Positions 19,339-28,374 of a stretch of 64,000 bases of DNA are shown piece after piece. The stretch is taken from the NCBI GenBank assembly GCA_046581755.1, contig JAYGFR010000103.1, positions 32,001-96,000 of the forward strand, read 5' to 3'. The stretch comes from Nitrospinota bacterium (lineage in GTDB: Bacteria > UBA8248). Each line of letters opens with the position of its first letter. The stretch's first letter is position 1. The translations under genes were made by a program, and so were the position numbers. The notes under the pieces were generated by a model. The model ran no database searches and was not told the origin of the DNA. It saw only the letters and a program-made list of their open reading frames with translations.

Positions 19339-20097
19339 ATGAAATTACGCCTCGAAAAACCCAGAAGAGAAGCGATCGGAGCCCGGCTCAGGGAGATTCG
19401 GCTCTTCAATAAACTCGAGCAAACCGAGCTTGCCGATCGTGCGGGCCTTTCTCAGGCCATCATCAGCCAGTACGAAAAAGGTCTCACCGAAATCAGTCTC
19501 TCGTTCATCAAGTTCCTGGCCGATAACTTCAACATCTCGGGCGATTGGCTCATTTTCGGCACCGGCGAGTCGCCCCACGAGCAATCCCAAAAAGAAATCG
19601 AGCTCCGCCTCCCGAAAAGCCTCGGCGGCGCCTCCGTGAAAGGAAGAAAAAAGTCGGGATTTTTCGGCATCCCCATCGTGGACCCCAAATCAGCCGCCAG
19701 GCCCGGCAAGGTCCAGAATGAGCAGATCCAGGATTGGGAAATCGTCCGGCTTCAAGAGGCCACGGGCCGCAACAACCTCGTCGCCCTGGAGGTGAGGGGT
19801 GACTGGGTGAAAAACATGGACGCCCCCTTCCGGGCGGGCGGACGCATCGTCATCGATCGCGATGATAAGAAAGTGCGCCACGACGCCTTTTACGCCGTGA
19901 ACAAGGCCATCAAGAAAAAAGCCCCGCGCGACGCCAGCATCACCGGAATCCGCCGCCTCAGCATGAGCGGCTCCCGGCTCTGGTTCGTCGAGGATCGCCC
20001 CGGCAAGGAATTCGAATTCATGGACCTCAAGGCCAGCGACCGGATCGAAAACATCATCATCGGCCGGGTCATCTGGGTCTGGCAAAAGATGATCTAG
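19339..20097 (+). CDS. XRE/CI-like HTH transcriptional regulator with degenerate S24 peptidase domain
   Basis: IGARLREIR...QTELADRAGLSQAIISQYEKG...DWLIFGTG HTH. C-terminal LEVRGD...IVIDRD...IIGRVIWV. Confidence 0.88.
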   Translation: MKLRLEKPRREAIGARLREIRLFNKLEQTELADRAGLSQAIISQYEKGLTEISLSFIKFLADNFNISGDWLIFGTGESPHEQSQKEIELRLPKSLGGASVKGRKKSGFFGIPIVDPKSAARPGKVQNEQIQDWEIVRLQEATGRNNLVALEVRGDWVKNMDAPFRAGGRIVIDRDDKKVRHDAFYAVNKAIKKKAPRDASITGIRRLSMSGSRLWFVEDRPGKEFEFMDLKASDRIENIIIGRVIWVWQKMI

Positions 20098-20120
20098 CCC
20101 CGCTGCCGATCGGATACCGC

Positions 20121-20155
20121 TAGCCGGCTCCCCCGGGGGGGCCGGCTATTTTTTT
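20121..20155 (+). terminator. Intrinsic terminator after the XRE regulator
   Basis: TAGCCGGCTCC...GGGGCCGGCTA hairpin followed by T7, between convergent genes. Confidence 0.8.
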
Positions 20156-20163
20156 CGGGCCCT

Positions 20164-21213
20164 TCATTTCATTACACCGGTCATGCGGCGGCGGGCCATC
20201 CGCGCGGCGAAGACCACGGCGTCCACCATGCTCGACGCATCGGCCATCCCCCGGCCGGCGATATCGAATCCCGTTCCGTGCTCGACCGAGGTGCGGATGA
20301 TGGGCAGCCCCAGCGTCACGTTCACTCCCCGCACGTTGCCGCCCCCCTTCCCGCCGAACCGGAACGCCATCATCTTCCCGGCAATGTGTCCCTGGTCGTG
20401 GTACATGGCCACCACCCCATCGAACTGCCCGCCCCTGAGCTTGGCGAAGACCGTATCGGGCGCCTCGGGGCCGAAGGCGGCGATGCCCTCTCGACGCAAA
20501 TCCTCGACGGCGGGCGCGATCTCGCAGACCTCCTCGGAGCCGAAAAGGCCGTTTTCCCCCGCATGGGGATTCAGCCCCGCCACGGCGATCCGCGGCGGCC
20601 GCCCGTCGAGGGCCTCGAGTGTCTCCGCCAAAAGCCGTCCCGCATGGACGATGCGCCGGCGCTTCACGAGGCGGAGCGCCTCCCGGAGGGAGCAATGCGT
20701 CGAAATGTGGACGATGCGGATTTTCCCGTGGGCGAGCATCATCACCGGGCGCGCGCGCCCCAGGATATGAGCCAGCATCTCCGTGTGTCCGGGAAAGGGA
20801 TAGCCCCCCGCCTGGAGCGCCTCCTTATGAATCGGTCCGGTCGCCATTCCCGCTGCCCGGCCCTCCTGAATCTGGCGGACGGCCTCCTCGATGTAGCCCG
20901 CCGCCGCGCGGCCGAGGCTGGCCCGTATCCTGCCGAACACCCGATCGCGCGCCGCAACGTTCGCCAGATCGAGCACGGCGGTGGCCCCCGCCGATTTTCC
21001 GGCAAGATCGTCCAACTCATCGGGCGAGACCGGAACCAGCCTGCCCGGCAGGCGCATTTTTCGCGCGTGGTGCCTGAGCACCTTCAGATCACCCACGATC
21101 AGCGGGAGGCACGCCCTCCGGACGCGGGGCGACTGGACCGCCTTGAGGCACACCTCGGGCCCGACCCCGGAGGGGTCTCCCATCGTCATCGCCACCACCG
21201 GAAACTTTTTCAT
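20164..21213 (-). CDS. pdxA: 4-hydroxythreonine-4-phosphate dehydrogenase family (PdxA/PdxA2)
   Basis: TMGDPSGVGPE, TGPIHKE, PGHTE, GLNPHAGENG, AMYHDQGH, VNVTLGLPIIRTSVEHGTGFDIAG. Confidence 0.92.
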   Translation of the reverse strand: MKKFPVVAMTMGDPSGVGPEVCLKAVQSPRVRRACLPLIVGDLKVLRHHARKMRLPGRLVPVSPDELDDLAGKSAGATAVLDLANVAARDRVFGRIRASLGRAAAGYIEEAVRQIQEGRAAGMATGPIHKEALQAGGYPFPGHTEMLAHILGRARPVMMLAHGKIRIVHISTHCSLREALRLVKRRRIVHAGRLLAETLEALDGRPPRIAVAGLNPHAGENGLFGSEEVCEIAPAVEDLRREGIAAFGPEAPDTVFAKLRGGQFDGVVAMYHDQGHIAGKMMAFRFGGKGGGNVRGVNVTLGLPIIRTSVEHGTGFDIAGRGMADASSMVDAVVFAARMARRRMTGVMK

Positions 21214-21365
21214 CCGCTCCCCTCATCGCGCGCCGGGCGCGGCCCCGGGCGCAAAACACATCCGCGCGGCCGATGGCCGCGCTCTCGTTGACATCCTTAT
21301 ACCCCAGGCACCACGATAGTTGGACCGGCACGCCCATTCATACATTCGATTTTAAGGAGAACCCC

Positions 21366-21875
21366 TTGTCCAAAAACGGCGCAAGCGCCTCCAAGACGCT
21401 GGCCGCGCTCAAATCCCTCGGCTTCACTCATGTCCTCGCCATTCCAGACTCCGAGAGCGCACTCCTCTACACGGCCATCGAGAAAGACCCGGACATCGAC
21501 CTCATCCTCCCCACCCGCGAGGGGGAATCCATCGCCATCGCGGCCGGCCTCTGGACCGGAGGCCGGAAACCCCTCGTCCTGATCCAGAACACGGGCTTCA
21601 TGGAGGCCGGAGATGCCCTGCGCGGCTGCGGCCTGGGCCCCCGGGTGCCGCTTCGCCTCATGGTCGGCTGGCGCGGCTACGGCGGCGCCATGGCCGGGAA
21701 AAAGCCCACCGACTCGGCTTACACATACACCGAGCCGCTCCTGAAGGCATGGGGGATTCCCACCTGGCATCTCATGTGCGACGACGACCTCCCGGCGATC
21801 GAGCAGATGGACCGCACGGCGGAGGAGACCTCCCTCCCCGCCGCCGTCATCACCGGCTACGCCTTCACCGAATAA
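21366..21875 (+). CDS. TPP-dependent decarboxylase alpha subunit (sulfopyruvate/phosphonopyruvate decarboxylase ComD-like)
   Basis: TTG start after TAAGGAGA. IPDS, TREGESIAIAAG, LIQNTG, MVGWRG, TEPLL. Confidence 0.8.
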   Translation: MSKNGASASKTLAALKSLGFTHVLAIPDSESALLYTAIEKDPDIDLILPTREGESIAIAAGLWTGGRKPLVLIQNTGFMEAGDALRGCGLGPRVPLRLMVGWRGYGGAMAGKKPTDSAYTYTEPLLKAWGIPTWHLMCDDDLPAIEQMDRTAEETSLPAAVITGYAFTE

Positions 21876-21889
21876 GCGAGAAAAAAACC

Positions 21890-22483
21890 ATGATCGAACG
21901 AATGGACCTGTTCCGCGCCGTCCACGCCCGGCGGACCGACGAAATCGCCGTCCTCACCATGGCGGCCACGCTCCAATACCCCCTCGTCTCCGACCACGAA
22001 CTCGACTTCGACTTCCTCGCCTTCGGCATGGGCCATGCCGGCGACTTCGCGCTGGGCCTCGCCCTGGCCCGGCCCGAGCGCAAGACCATCGTATTCAAGG
22101 GGGACGGGGGACAACTGATGAGCCTGGGATCGCTCGTGACGCTGGGGCGCTACGCGCCGGGGAACCTGCTCGTCCTATTTCTCGAAAACCGGGTCTACGA
22201 GCAGACGGGCTCCCAGCCCTTCTCCGATCGCGTGGACTTCGACACCCTCGCGCGCGGGGCGGGCATCCAGGGCGGCGGCGCCACCGGCAAGGGGAAAATC
22301 GAGCGAATCGAAACCATCGAAACCTTCGAGGAGGCCCTGCATCGCCTGCTCACCGAGGAAGGCCCCCACTTTGTCATCTGCCCGGTCGAGAACTACGAGC
22401 ACGTCCCGCCGACCAGCCACACCGACCACGCGGGACGGATCCGGAACCTGAGAAAGGGCCTCGGACTGCCCGTGCCCAATTGA
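21890..22483 (+). CDS. TPP-dependent decarboxylase beta subunit (ComE-like)
   Basis: GMGHA..ALGLALARP, TPP motif GDGGQLMSLGSL...EN..YEQTG. Confidence 0.82.
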   Translation: MIERMDLFRAVHARRTDEIAVLTMAATLQYPLVSDHELDFDFLAFGMGHAGDFALGLALARPERKTIVFKGDGGQLMSLGSLVTLGRYAPGNLLVLFLENRVYEQTGSQPFSDRVDFDTLARGAGIQGGGATGKGKIERIETIETFEEALHRLLTEEGPHFVICPVENYEHVPPTSHTDHAGRIRNLRKGLGLPVPN

Positions 22484-22494
22484 CCTTTTTTCCC

Positions 22495-22557
22495 AACCGC
22501 CCCATCCGCCAGAGCCGCCCGAACCGCCAGAGCCGCCTCAACTGTTCGAACCGCGGC
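22495..22557. repeat. Degenerate 9-bp tandem repeat (about 7 units, AnCCGCCnn)
   Basis: AACCGCCCC ATCCGCCAG AGCCGCCCG AACCGCCAG AGCCGCCTC AACTGTTCG AACCGCGGC. Confidence 0.6.
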
Positions 22558-22574
22558 CCTTCAACCGCAAAGCG

Positions 22575-22607
22575 CAAAAACCCTCCCCCGGCCATCCACC
22601 GGGGAGG
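22575..22607 (-). terminator. Probable terminator for the minus-strand MDR genes
   Basis: CCTCCCCGG/CCGGGGGAGG hairpin followed by a T-run on the minus strand. Confidence 0.5.
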
Positions 22608-22663
22608 ACTATCGCTGGATAAATGAAAACCAAACGGGAATGCGGGAAAATTCGCATTTCCCC

Positions 22664-23638
22664 CTACACGTTCAACACCACCTTCCCCAAAAATTTTCCG
22701 CTCAGGACCAGTTCGTGCGAATCGTTGGCCTCATCGAGCGGAAGCTCGCGGCCGATATGAGGGTGGATGTCCCCCCGCTCGAGGAGGGGCCTCAGATGAA
22801 GGAGGGCCTTGGGGATATGCGGGGCCATGTTGGCCGAGGAGATTCCCATCATCCGCGCGTCCCGGCTCATGGCCGGGCGGAGCGAGATCGTCACCTCCGA
22901 GCCCTTCCCCGTGCCCCCGCCGACGATGACGATGCGCCCGTTCAGGGCGAGGAGTTCGAGGTCGCCGGCCAGATTGTCGCTGGCGGCGGTTTCGACCACC
23001 ACGTCCGCCCCCCGCCCGGCGGTCACCTCCTTCACCCGCTCGGGAACGTTGCTCTCCCGGTAGTTGATCACCTCCTCGGCGCCCGCCTCCCGGCAAAAAT
23101 CGGCCTTTTCCTCCGAACTCACCGTCGCCAGCACGCGGCAGCCCATGTGCCGGGCCAGCTGAATCGCCAGATGGCCGACGCCACCCGCGCCGCCCTGGAC
23201 GAGCACCGTCTCGCCAAGCCCCGCTTCGCCCTTGATCACCAGAGCGTTCCAGGCCGTGAGGAGGGGAATCGGCAGGCAGGCTCCCTCTTCGGAGGTCAGG
23301 CTGTCCGGAAGGATTCCGGTCGCCGCCGCCGAGAGGACGCCCTTTTCGGCGTACCCCCCGGTCAGGGAGCGGCCCCACACCCGGTCCCCGGCCTTGATGG
23401 CGTCCACGCCCTCGCCCACGGTCTCCACCTCGCCCGAAACGTCTGTACCGCAAACCATGGGGAGCTGCATCATCTTCGAGCGTGGATGATTGCCCGAGCG
23501 AATCGAAATTTCGAGCGGGTTGACCCCCGCCGCGCGAACGCGCACCACCACCTGCCCCGGCCCCGCCTGGGGGGCAGACAGGTCCTCCACCACCATGGGG
23601 GTATCGAGTCCGAGCTTATGAACGCTGACCGCTTTCAT
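22664..23638 (-). CDS. NADPH:quinone reductase-like MDR (zeta-crystallin family), paralog 1
   Basis: AAGVNP, GGYAE, TAWNAL, VLVQGGAGGVG, GKVVL. Confidence 0.92.
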   Translation of the reverse strand: MKAVSVHKLGLDTPMVVEDLSAPQAGPGQVVVRVRAAGVNPLEISIRSGNHPRSKMMQLPMVCGTDVSGEVETVGEGVDAIKAGDRVWGRSLTGGYAEKGVLSAAATGILPDSLTSEEGACLPIPLLTAWNALVIKGEAGLGETVLVQGGAGGVGHLAIQLARHMGCRVLATVSSEEKADFCREAGAEEVINYRESNVPERVKEVTAGRGADVVVETAASDNLAGDLELLALNGRIVIVGGGTGKGSEVTISLRPAMSRDARMMGISSANMAPHIPKALLHLRPLLERGDIHPHIGRELPLDEANDSHELVLSGKFLGKVVLNV

Positions 23639-24609
23639 GGCGTGAGCACCACCTTTCCGATAAATTTTCCACTTAACACGACATCGTGCGCCTTGTTGGC
23701 CGATTCCATCGGCAGCGCCCGGTCGATGTGGATCTTGAGCGTCCCCTCGCGGAGAACCGGCGTGAAGCGCCGGATCAGTTCGCCCATCTTGGGGATGAGG
23801 TTCACCACCGCGAGGCCGAGCACCCGCGCGTCCTTGGTCATCACCGAGGGCACCCGAAAATCCGTCATGGGTCCTATTCCGGTTCCGGTGCCGATGACGA
23901 TGACGCGCCCATCGATGCAGATGGCATCGAGATCCTTGTCGAAATTATCGCAAGCGGCGAGTTCGACGATGACATCCACCCCGCGCCCGCCGGTGAGTTC
24001 CATGCACCGCTCGGCGAAATTCTCCTCGCGGTAGTTGATCGTCTCATCGGCGCCGAGGCTCCGGCAATAATCCGCCTTCTCTCCGGAACTCACCGTCGCG
24101 AACACCCGGCAGCCCATCCGCTTGGCGATCTGAATCGCGGCGCTGCCGACGCCCCCGGCCCCGCCCTGGACGAGAACCGTCTCGCCGGGCCCTGCCTCAG
24201 CCTTGATCACCAGGGCGTTCCAGGCCGTGTAGAAGGGAACCGTGATGCCCGCGCCCTCCTCGTAGCTGTAAGCCTCGGGAAGCTCGGCGGCCCCATCCGC
24301 CGGGAGGCGCACCAGTTCCGCGTAGCCGCCCCCCATCGCCCGCCCGTAGACGCGCTGGCCCACCTCGAAGCCCTCCACACCCTCGCCGATGGCCACCACC
24401 TCGCCCGCCGCCTCGGCGCCCGGGACGTAGGGGGGCGTCACCATCTTCGCATAGGGGTGCTTGTTCGCCCGGATGGCGATGTCCACCGGGTTGACACCCA
24501 TCGCTCCCGCCCGGATCAGAAGCTCTCCCGGCTGGGCTGCGGCGTCCTCGATTTCCTCTTCCTGCATCGGAACGGATAGATCAAACTTGTGTACGCGAAC
24601 CGCTTTCAT
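23635..24609 (-). CDS. NADPH:quinone reductase-like MDR, paralog 2
   Basis: Same motifs and same length (324 aa). Overlaps paralog 1 by 4 nt. Confidence 0.92.
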   Translation of the reverse strand: MKAVRVHKFDLSVPMQEEEIEDAAAQPGELLIRAGAMGVNPVDIAIRANKHPYAKMVTPPYVPGAEAAGEVVAIGEGVEGFEVGQRVYGRAMGGGYAELVRLPADGAAELPEAYSYEEGAGITVPFYTAWNALVIKAEAGPGETVLVQGGAGGVGSAAIQIAKRMGCRVFATVSSGEKADYCRSLGADETINYREENFAERCMELTGGRGVDVIVELAACDNFDKDLDAICIDGRVIVIGTGTGIGPMTDFRVPSVMTKDARVLGLAVVNLIPKMGELIRRFTPVLREGTLKIHIDRALPMESANKAHDVVLSGKFIGKVVLTP

Positions 24610-24669
24610 GGCATCCCTTTCAGGTTGAATAAATGACGAATTGACGCGAATGAACCCCCCGACCCCGGA

Positions 24670-25725
24670 TTATTTTTTTTTGGGTGAAACCGGGAATCTG
24701 TCGACCATATATTCTTCGCTATCGATGAGATGCACAAGGTCCGCCGCCGCCTTGCGCACCCGCCGCATCAGGGGCGAGCCCAGGTCCGGCTTGACGGCGA
24801 CCCGCTCGGCGCCCCGCCGCGCCGCCTCCTTGTCGCCCAGCCGGTAGTCGCATCGCGCGATGCGCCATTCGGCGTAATTCGCATAAAACCCCTCGACCCT
24901 GCCCTCGATGTGCCGGAAGCGCCCGCGCAGCCTCCGGAACATCGCCCTTGCGCGCTTGTATTTTTTTTGAACGAAATACCCCTCCGCATGGGCGAAGCGG
25001 TAGTGGGGCTGATCGGGATAGTCCCCGATGAGCCCGGCGAGGACGGCGCGGGCATCGGCGAATTTGTTGTCCGCATAAAATGCGTAGACTAGCTCGATCC
25101 GCGCCAGGTCCCGGAGCCATCTGCCGCCCCTGGCAACCCGGCGCATGTAGCGAATCCCGGTATCGCCCGTGTCGCCGAGCAGCGGGGCCAGGTCGCGGAG
25201 CCATTTGGCCCGGCTACGCCAGAAATAATAGAGGCCCAGCCCGTAGTAGGCGTCCTCGAGCTTTGGGTTCAGGGCGATCGCCCGCTCGAGATAGCGCTTG
25301 GTTTTCAGGCTCCTTATGAGCGCCCGGACGTAGCTCTTCCGCCGGGAAGCCGCCAGCGCCCGCATTCCGGCTGCCAGACCCCCGAGAAGATAGGCCTCGG
25401 CATCCTTCGGGGCCGCCTTGATCCGTTCCTCGGCGAGGGCGGCCGCCCGCGCGGCGTTTTTCTCGAATCCCTCCCGGAAGGGCGGATCCTCAAAATGCCC
25501 GGCCAGGATGCTGTAGACCGAGGCGAGGAAAAAATAGCCCCTGGGATCGCCGGGCGCTTTTTTCACCACGCCCTCGAACTCGCGCAGGGCCTCCTCGTAG
25601 CCGCCGGCGGCGGTGGCCCGGAGGCCCCGCCGGATGCCGGCTTCGAGAGGAGAAGCCGCCCGGGCCGGCGCGGGCGCGGCGATGACCAAAAAAATAGCAG
25701 TGGCGAACCCAGCGGCTCGGCGCAA
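24670..25725 (-). CDS. Exported tetratricopeptide-repeat protein
   Basis: Signal peptide ending ARA-AS. TPR-like helices (LERAIALNPKLEDAYYGLGLYY). Confidence 0.75.
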   Translation of the reverse strand: MRRAAGFATAIFLVIAAPAPARAASPLEAGIRRGLRATAAGGYEEALREFEGVVKKAPGDPRGYFFLASVYSILAGHFEDPPFREGFEKNAARAAALAEERIKAAPKDAEAYLLGGLAAGMRALAASRRKSYVRALIRSLKTKRYLERAIALNPKLEDAYYGLGLYYFWRSRAKWLRDLAPLLGDTGDTGIRYMRRVARGGRWLRDLARIELVYAFYADNKFADARAVLAGLIGDYPDQPHYRFAHAEGYFVQKKYKRARAMFRRLRGRFRHIEGRVEGFYANYAEWRIARCDYRLGDKEAARRGAERVAVKPDLGSPLMRRVRKAAADLVHLIDSEEYMVDRFPVSPKKK

Positions 25726-25947
25726 TGGATTTTCTCCTTATAAAGACACGCTACCAAAGCCCCGCGCCCGCTATCAACATCGCGTCCCGGCCCCGGCGCC
25801 TCCCGGAATGGCCCCAGGAGAAAATCCACCGGGGGCACATCCAGCGAGGGCACATCCAGCGGGAGCCCCCTCGCTGGATGCCCAAGATTCCGCTATCTTC
25901 CCTGGGAGCGGGAGAGCCCTCCCGCCGGACAGGAGCGAGGCGGTGAC

Positions 25948-27273
25948 ATGCCGGAAACCGGCCCCCCCGAGGGGGCGCTGCACATTATCAACGCGCTGCG
26001 CGGGCGCGGCCATCGGGCGCTCCTGGCGGGCGGTTGCGTCCGCGACCGGGCGATGGGCCGTGCGCCGACGGACTGGGACATCGCCTCCGGGGCGGACCCC
26101 GGTGAGGTCGCCCGCCTCTTCGAGCGCACCGAGGCCGTGGGCGCGAAGTTCGGGGTCGTCCTCGTCATCCTGCCCGACGGGGAGTATGAGGTCGCCCAGT
26201 TCCGCACCGAGGAGGCCTACCTCGACGGTCGCCACCCGAGCGCCGTTCATCCCGCCGGGGAGGAAGAGGACGCCCGGCGGCGCGATTTTTCGATCAACGG
26301 CATGTTCCTCGACCCGGTCGAGGGAAAGATCATCGACTACGTCGGAGGGCAAGAGGACATCGATAGGCGCTTGATCCGGGCCATCGGCGATCCCGCCCGG
26401 CGCTTCGAGGAGGACCACTTGCGCCTCCTGCGCGCGGTGCGGTTCGCGGCGCGGTTCGACTACGCCATCGAGGAGGAAACCCTCGCTGCCGTCAAAAAGC
26501 TCGTCCCCCGCATCCGGCGCACGAGCGCCGAGCGCGTGCGCGCCGAACTCACGATGATGCTCACCGGCCCCCATCCGGAGCGCGCCTTCGAGCTGCTCCG
26601 GGAAACCGGCCTCCTTCGGGAGGTATTGCCCGAGGCGGCCGAGATGGAGGGCGTGGAGCAGCCGCCCCAGTTTCACCCCGAGGGCGACGTATGGACCCAC
26701 GTCATGATGGTTCTCGCCCAGCTTCGCGATCCGGGCCCCGCCCTCGCCTGGGCCGCGCTCCTGCACGATGTGGGAAAACCCGCGACCTACGCCGTGACCG
26801 ACCGGATCCGCTTCAACGGCCATGCGGCGGCGGGCGCGCGGATTTCGGAGGAGATTTGCGAGCGCCTGAAAATACCGGGCGAGACGGCGGAGCGAATCCG
26901 CGATATCGTCAGGGACCACATGAAGTTCATGAACGTCCGGAAAATGCGCGAGTCCACCCTGAAGCGCTTCCTGCGGGAGCCACACTTTTCTGAACTCCTG
27001 GAGCTCCACCGGATCGACTGCCTGGCAAGCCACGGAAATCTCGCCACGCGCGATTTTTGCCTGGAAAAACGGGCCGGGATAACCGAGGAAGACCTCCGCC
27101 CCGCACGAATTCTGGACGGCCACGATCTGGCCGCGATGGGATTCGAGCCGGGTCCGCCCTTCGGGGAGATATTAAGGGCTGTCGAGGACGAACAACTCGA
27201 GGGCCGGGTGCGGACGAGGGAGGCGGCCGAGGCGTTCGTGAACGAGCGCTTCGGCGCGCTGCGGAGTGGATAG
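25948..27273 (+). CDS. cca: CCA-adding tRNA nucleotidyltransferase (class II) with HD-type domain
   Basis: GGCVRD..DWD, RRRDFSIN, EDHLRLLRAVRF, HPEGDVWTH, LLHDVGK. Lacks the GRRF signature of poly(A) polymerase. Confidence 0.88.
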   Translation: MPETGPPEGALHIINALRGRGHRALLAGGCVRDRAMGRAPTDWDIASGADPGEVARLFERTEAVGAKFGVVLVILPDGEYEVAQFRTEEAYLDGRHPSAVHPAGEEEDARRRDFSINGMFLDPVEGKIIDYVGGQEDIDRRLIRAIGDPARRFEEDHLRLLRAVRFAARFDYAIEEETLAAVKKLVPRIRRTSAERVRAELTMMLTGPHPERAFELLRETGLLREVLPEAAEMEGVEQPPQFHPEGDVWTHVMMVLAQLRDPGPALAWAALLHDVGKPATYAVTDRIRFNGHAAAGARISEEICERLKIPGETAERIRDIVRDHMKFMNVRKMRESTLKRFLREPHFSELLELHRIDCLASHGNLATRDFCLEKRAGITEEDLRPARILDGHDLAAMGFEPGPPFGEILRAVEDEQLEGRVRTREAAEAFVNERFGALRSG

Positions 27274-27350
27274 GGACCGCACCCGATTTTGCGGGACCTG
27301 ACTTTTGCAGGCCGTTTTTTTTCAAGGCCCGTGTTTTTTAGGAGACTCCG

Positions 27351-27902
27351 GTGAACGGCGAGCGGAACGGAGGCACCATTCTCATGAGGGAGCGAGAGCT
27401 CGAACTGGCTCTCCGCCGGATGGCCTCTGAGATCGCCGAAATTTGCGCGGGCGATCCGCATCTGGCCCTCATCGGGGTGCGCACGCGCGGAGAACCCCTC
27501 GCCCAGCGGCTGGCCCGCTTGGTCGAGGAGATGGAGGAGATCGAGCCGCCCGTGGGCACGCTCGACATCGGAATCCACCGGGACGACGTGGACCACCCCG
27601 GCGGGGGAAGAATTTTCGGCCCCACCGAGATCGGCTTTGACCTCGCCGAGCGGCAGATCGTCCTGGTGGACGATGTATTCTTCACCGGGCGCACGGTCCG
27701 CGCCGCCCTCGATGCGCTGGCCGAAATCGGGCGGCCGCGCCGGGTATGGCTCGCTGTCCTGATCGACCGGGGGCACCGCGAGCTTCCCTTCCGGCCCGAT
27801 TTCACCGGAAAAAACGTACCCACCGCCACCGCCGAGCGAGTCAACGTCCGCCTCCGGGAGGTGGACGGCGAGGACGGCGTATGGCTGGTCAGGCCCGCCT
27901 GA
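27351..27902 (+). CDS. pyrR: Pyrimidine operon regulator / uracil phosphoribosyltransferase PyrR
   Basis: LRRMASEI, GVRTRG..LA, LDIGIHRDD, LVDDVFFTGRTVRAALDA, DRGHRELPFRPDFTGKNVPT. Confidence 0.93.
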   Translation: MNGERNGGTILMRERELELALRRMASEIAEICAGDPHLALIGVRTRGEPLAQRLARLVEEMEEIEPPVGTLDIGIHRDDVDHPGGGRIFGPTEIGFDLAERQIVLVDDVFFTGRTVRAALDALAEIGRPRRVWLAVLIDRGHRELPFRPDFTGKNVPTATAERVNVRLREVDGEDGVWLVRPA

Positions 27903-27946
27903 GGGGCGGCGCATTTCTTTCGGCCTCATAGCGAACGGAGAAAATC

Positions 27947-28345
27947 ATGTTCAACAAGGTGCACCACATCGGCATCGCGGTGAAGGACATGGACGGGGCC
28001 ATCGCCCTCTACAAGGGCGCGGGGGCGAAGCTGCTCGGACGCGAGTCCTCCAAGGACGGCAACGTGGACCTCGCCATGCTCGATCTGGGCGGGGACCTGA
28101 TCGAACCCCTCTCCCCCATTCGGGGAGAATCGGAAATCTCGAAATTCATCGAGCGCCACGAGGAGGGCGTCCACCACGTGGCCTATGAGGTGGACGACAT
28201 CAAGGCCGAGATGGCCCGCCTGAAGGCGGAAGGGTTCAAGCTGATCGACGAGGTTCCCCGGCCCGGATTCATGGGCCACATCATCGCCTTCATCGAACCC
28301 CAAAGCACGATGGGCACCCTCTGGGAACTGGTCGAGAAGGAATAG
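27947..28345 (+). CDS. Methylmalonyl-CoA epimerase-like VOC protein
   Basis: HHIGIAV, ISKFIE..EGVHHVAYEVDDI, PRPG..IAFIEP...GTLWELVE. Confidence 0.85.
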   Translation: MFNKVHHIGIAVKDMDGAIALYKGAGAKLLGRESSKDGNVDLAMLDLGGDLIEPLSPIRGESEISKFIERHEEGVHHVAYEVDDIKAEMARLKAEGFKLIDEVPRPGFMGHIIAFIEPQSTMGTLWELVEKE

Positions 28346-28374
28346 CCGCCGCGCCCGGGCCGGGATTCCGCCGC

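Noticed and set aside
19339..20097. Prophage suggested by the CI-like repressor
   Set aside because: No divergent cro, integrase, replication or structural genes. The flanks are housekeeping genes.
25948..27273. Poly(A) polymerase (pcnB) assignment
   Set aside because: Lacks the GRRF-type PAP signature and has the HD-type domain and loop typical of CCA enzymes.
27274..27350. PyrR-binding attenuator upstream of pyrR
   Set aside because: Only a weak hairpin plus T8. I could not find the ARUCCNGNGAGGYU consensus, and no pyr biosynthetic genes follow.
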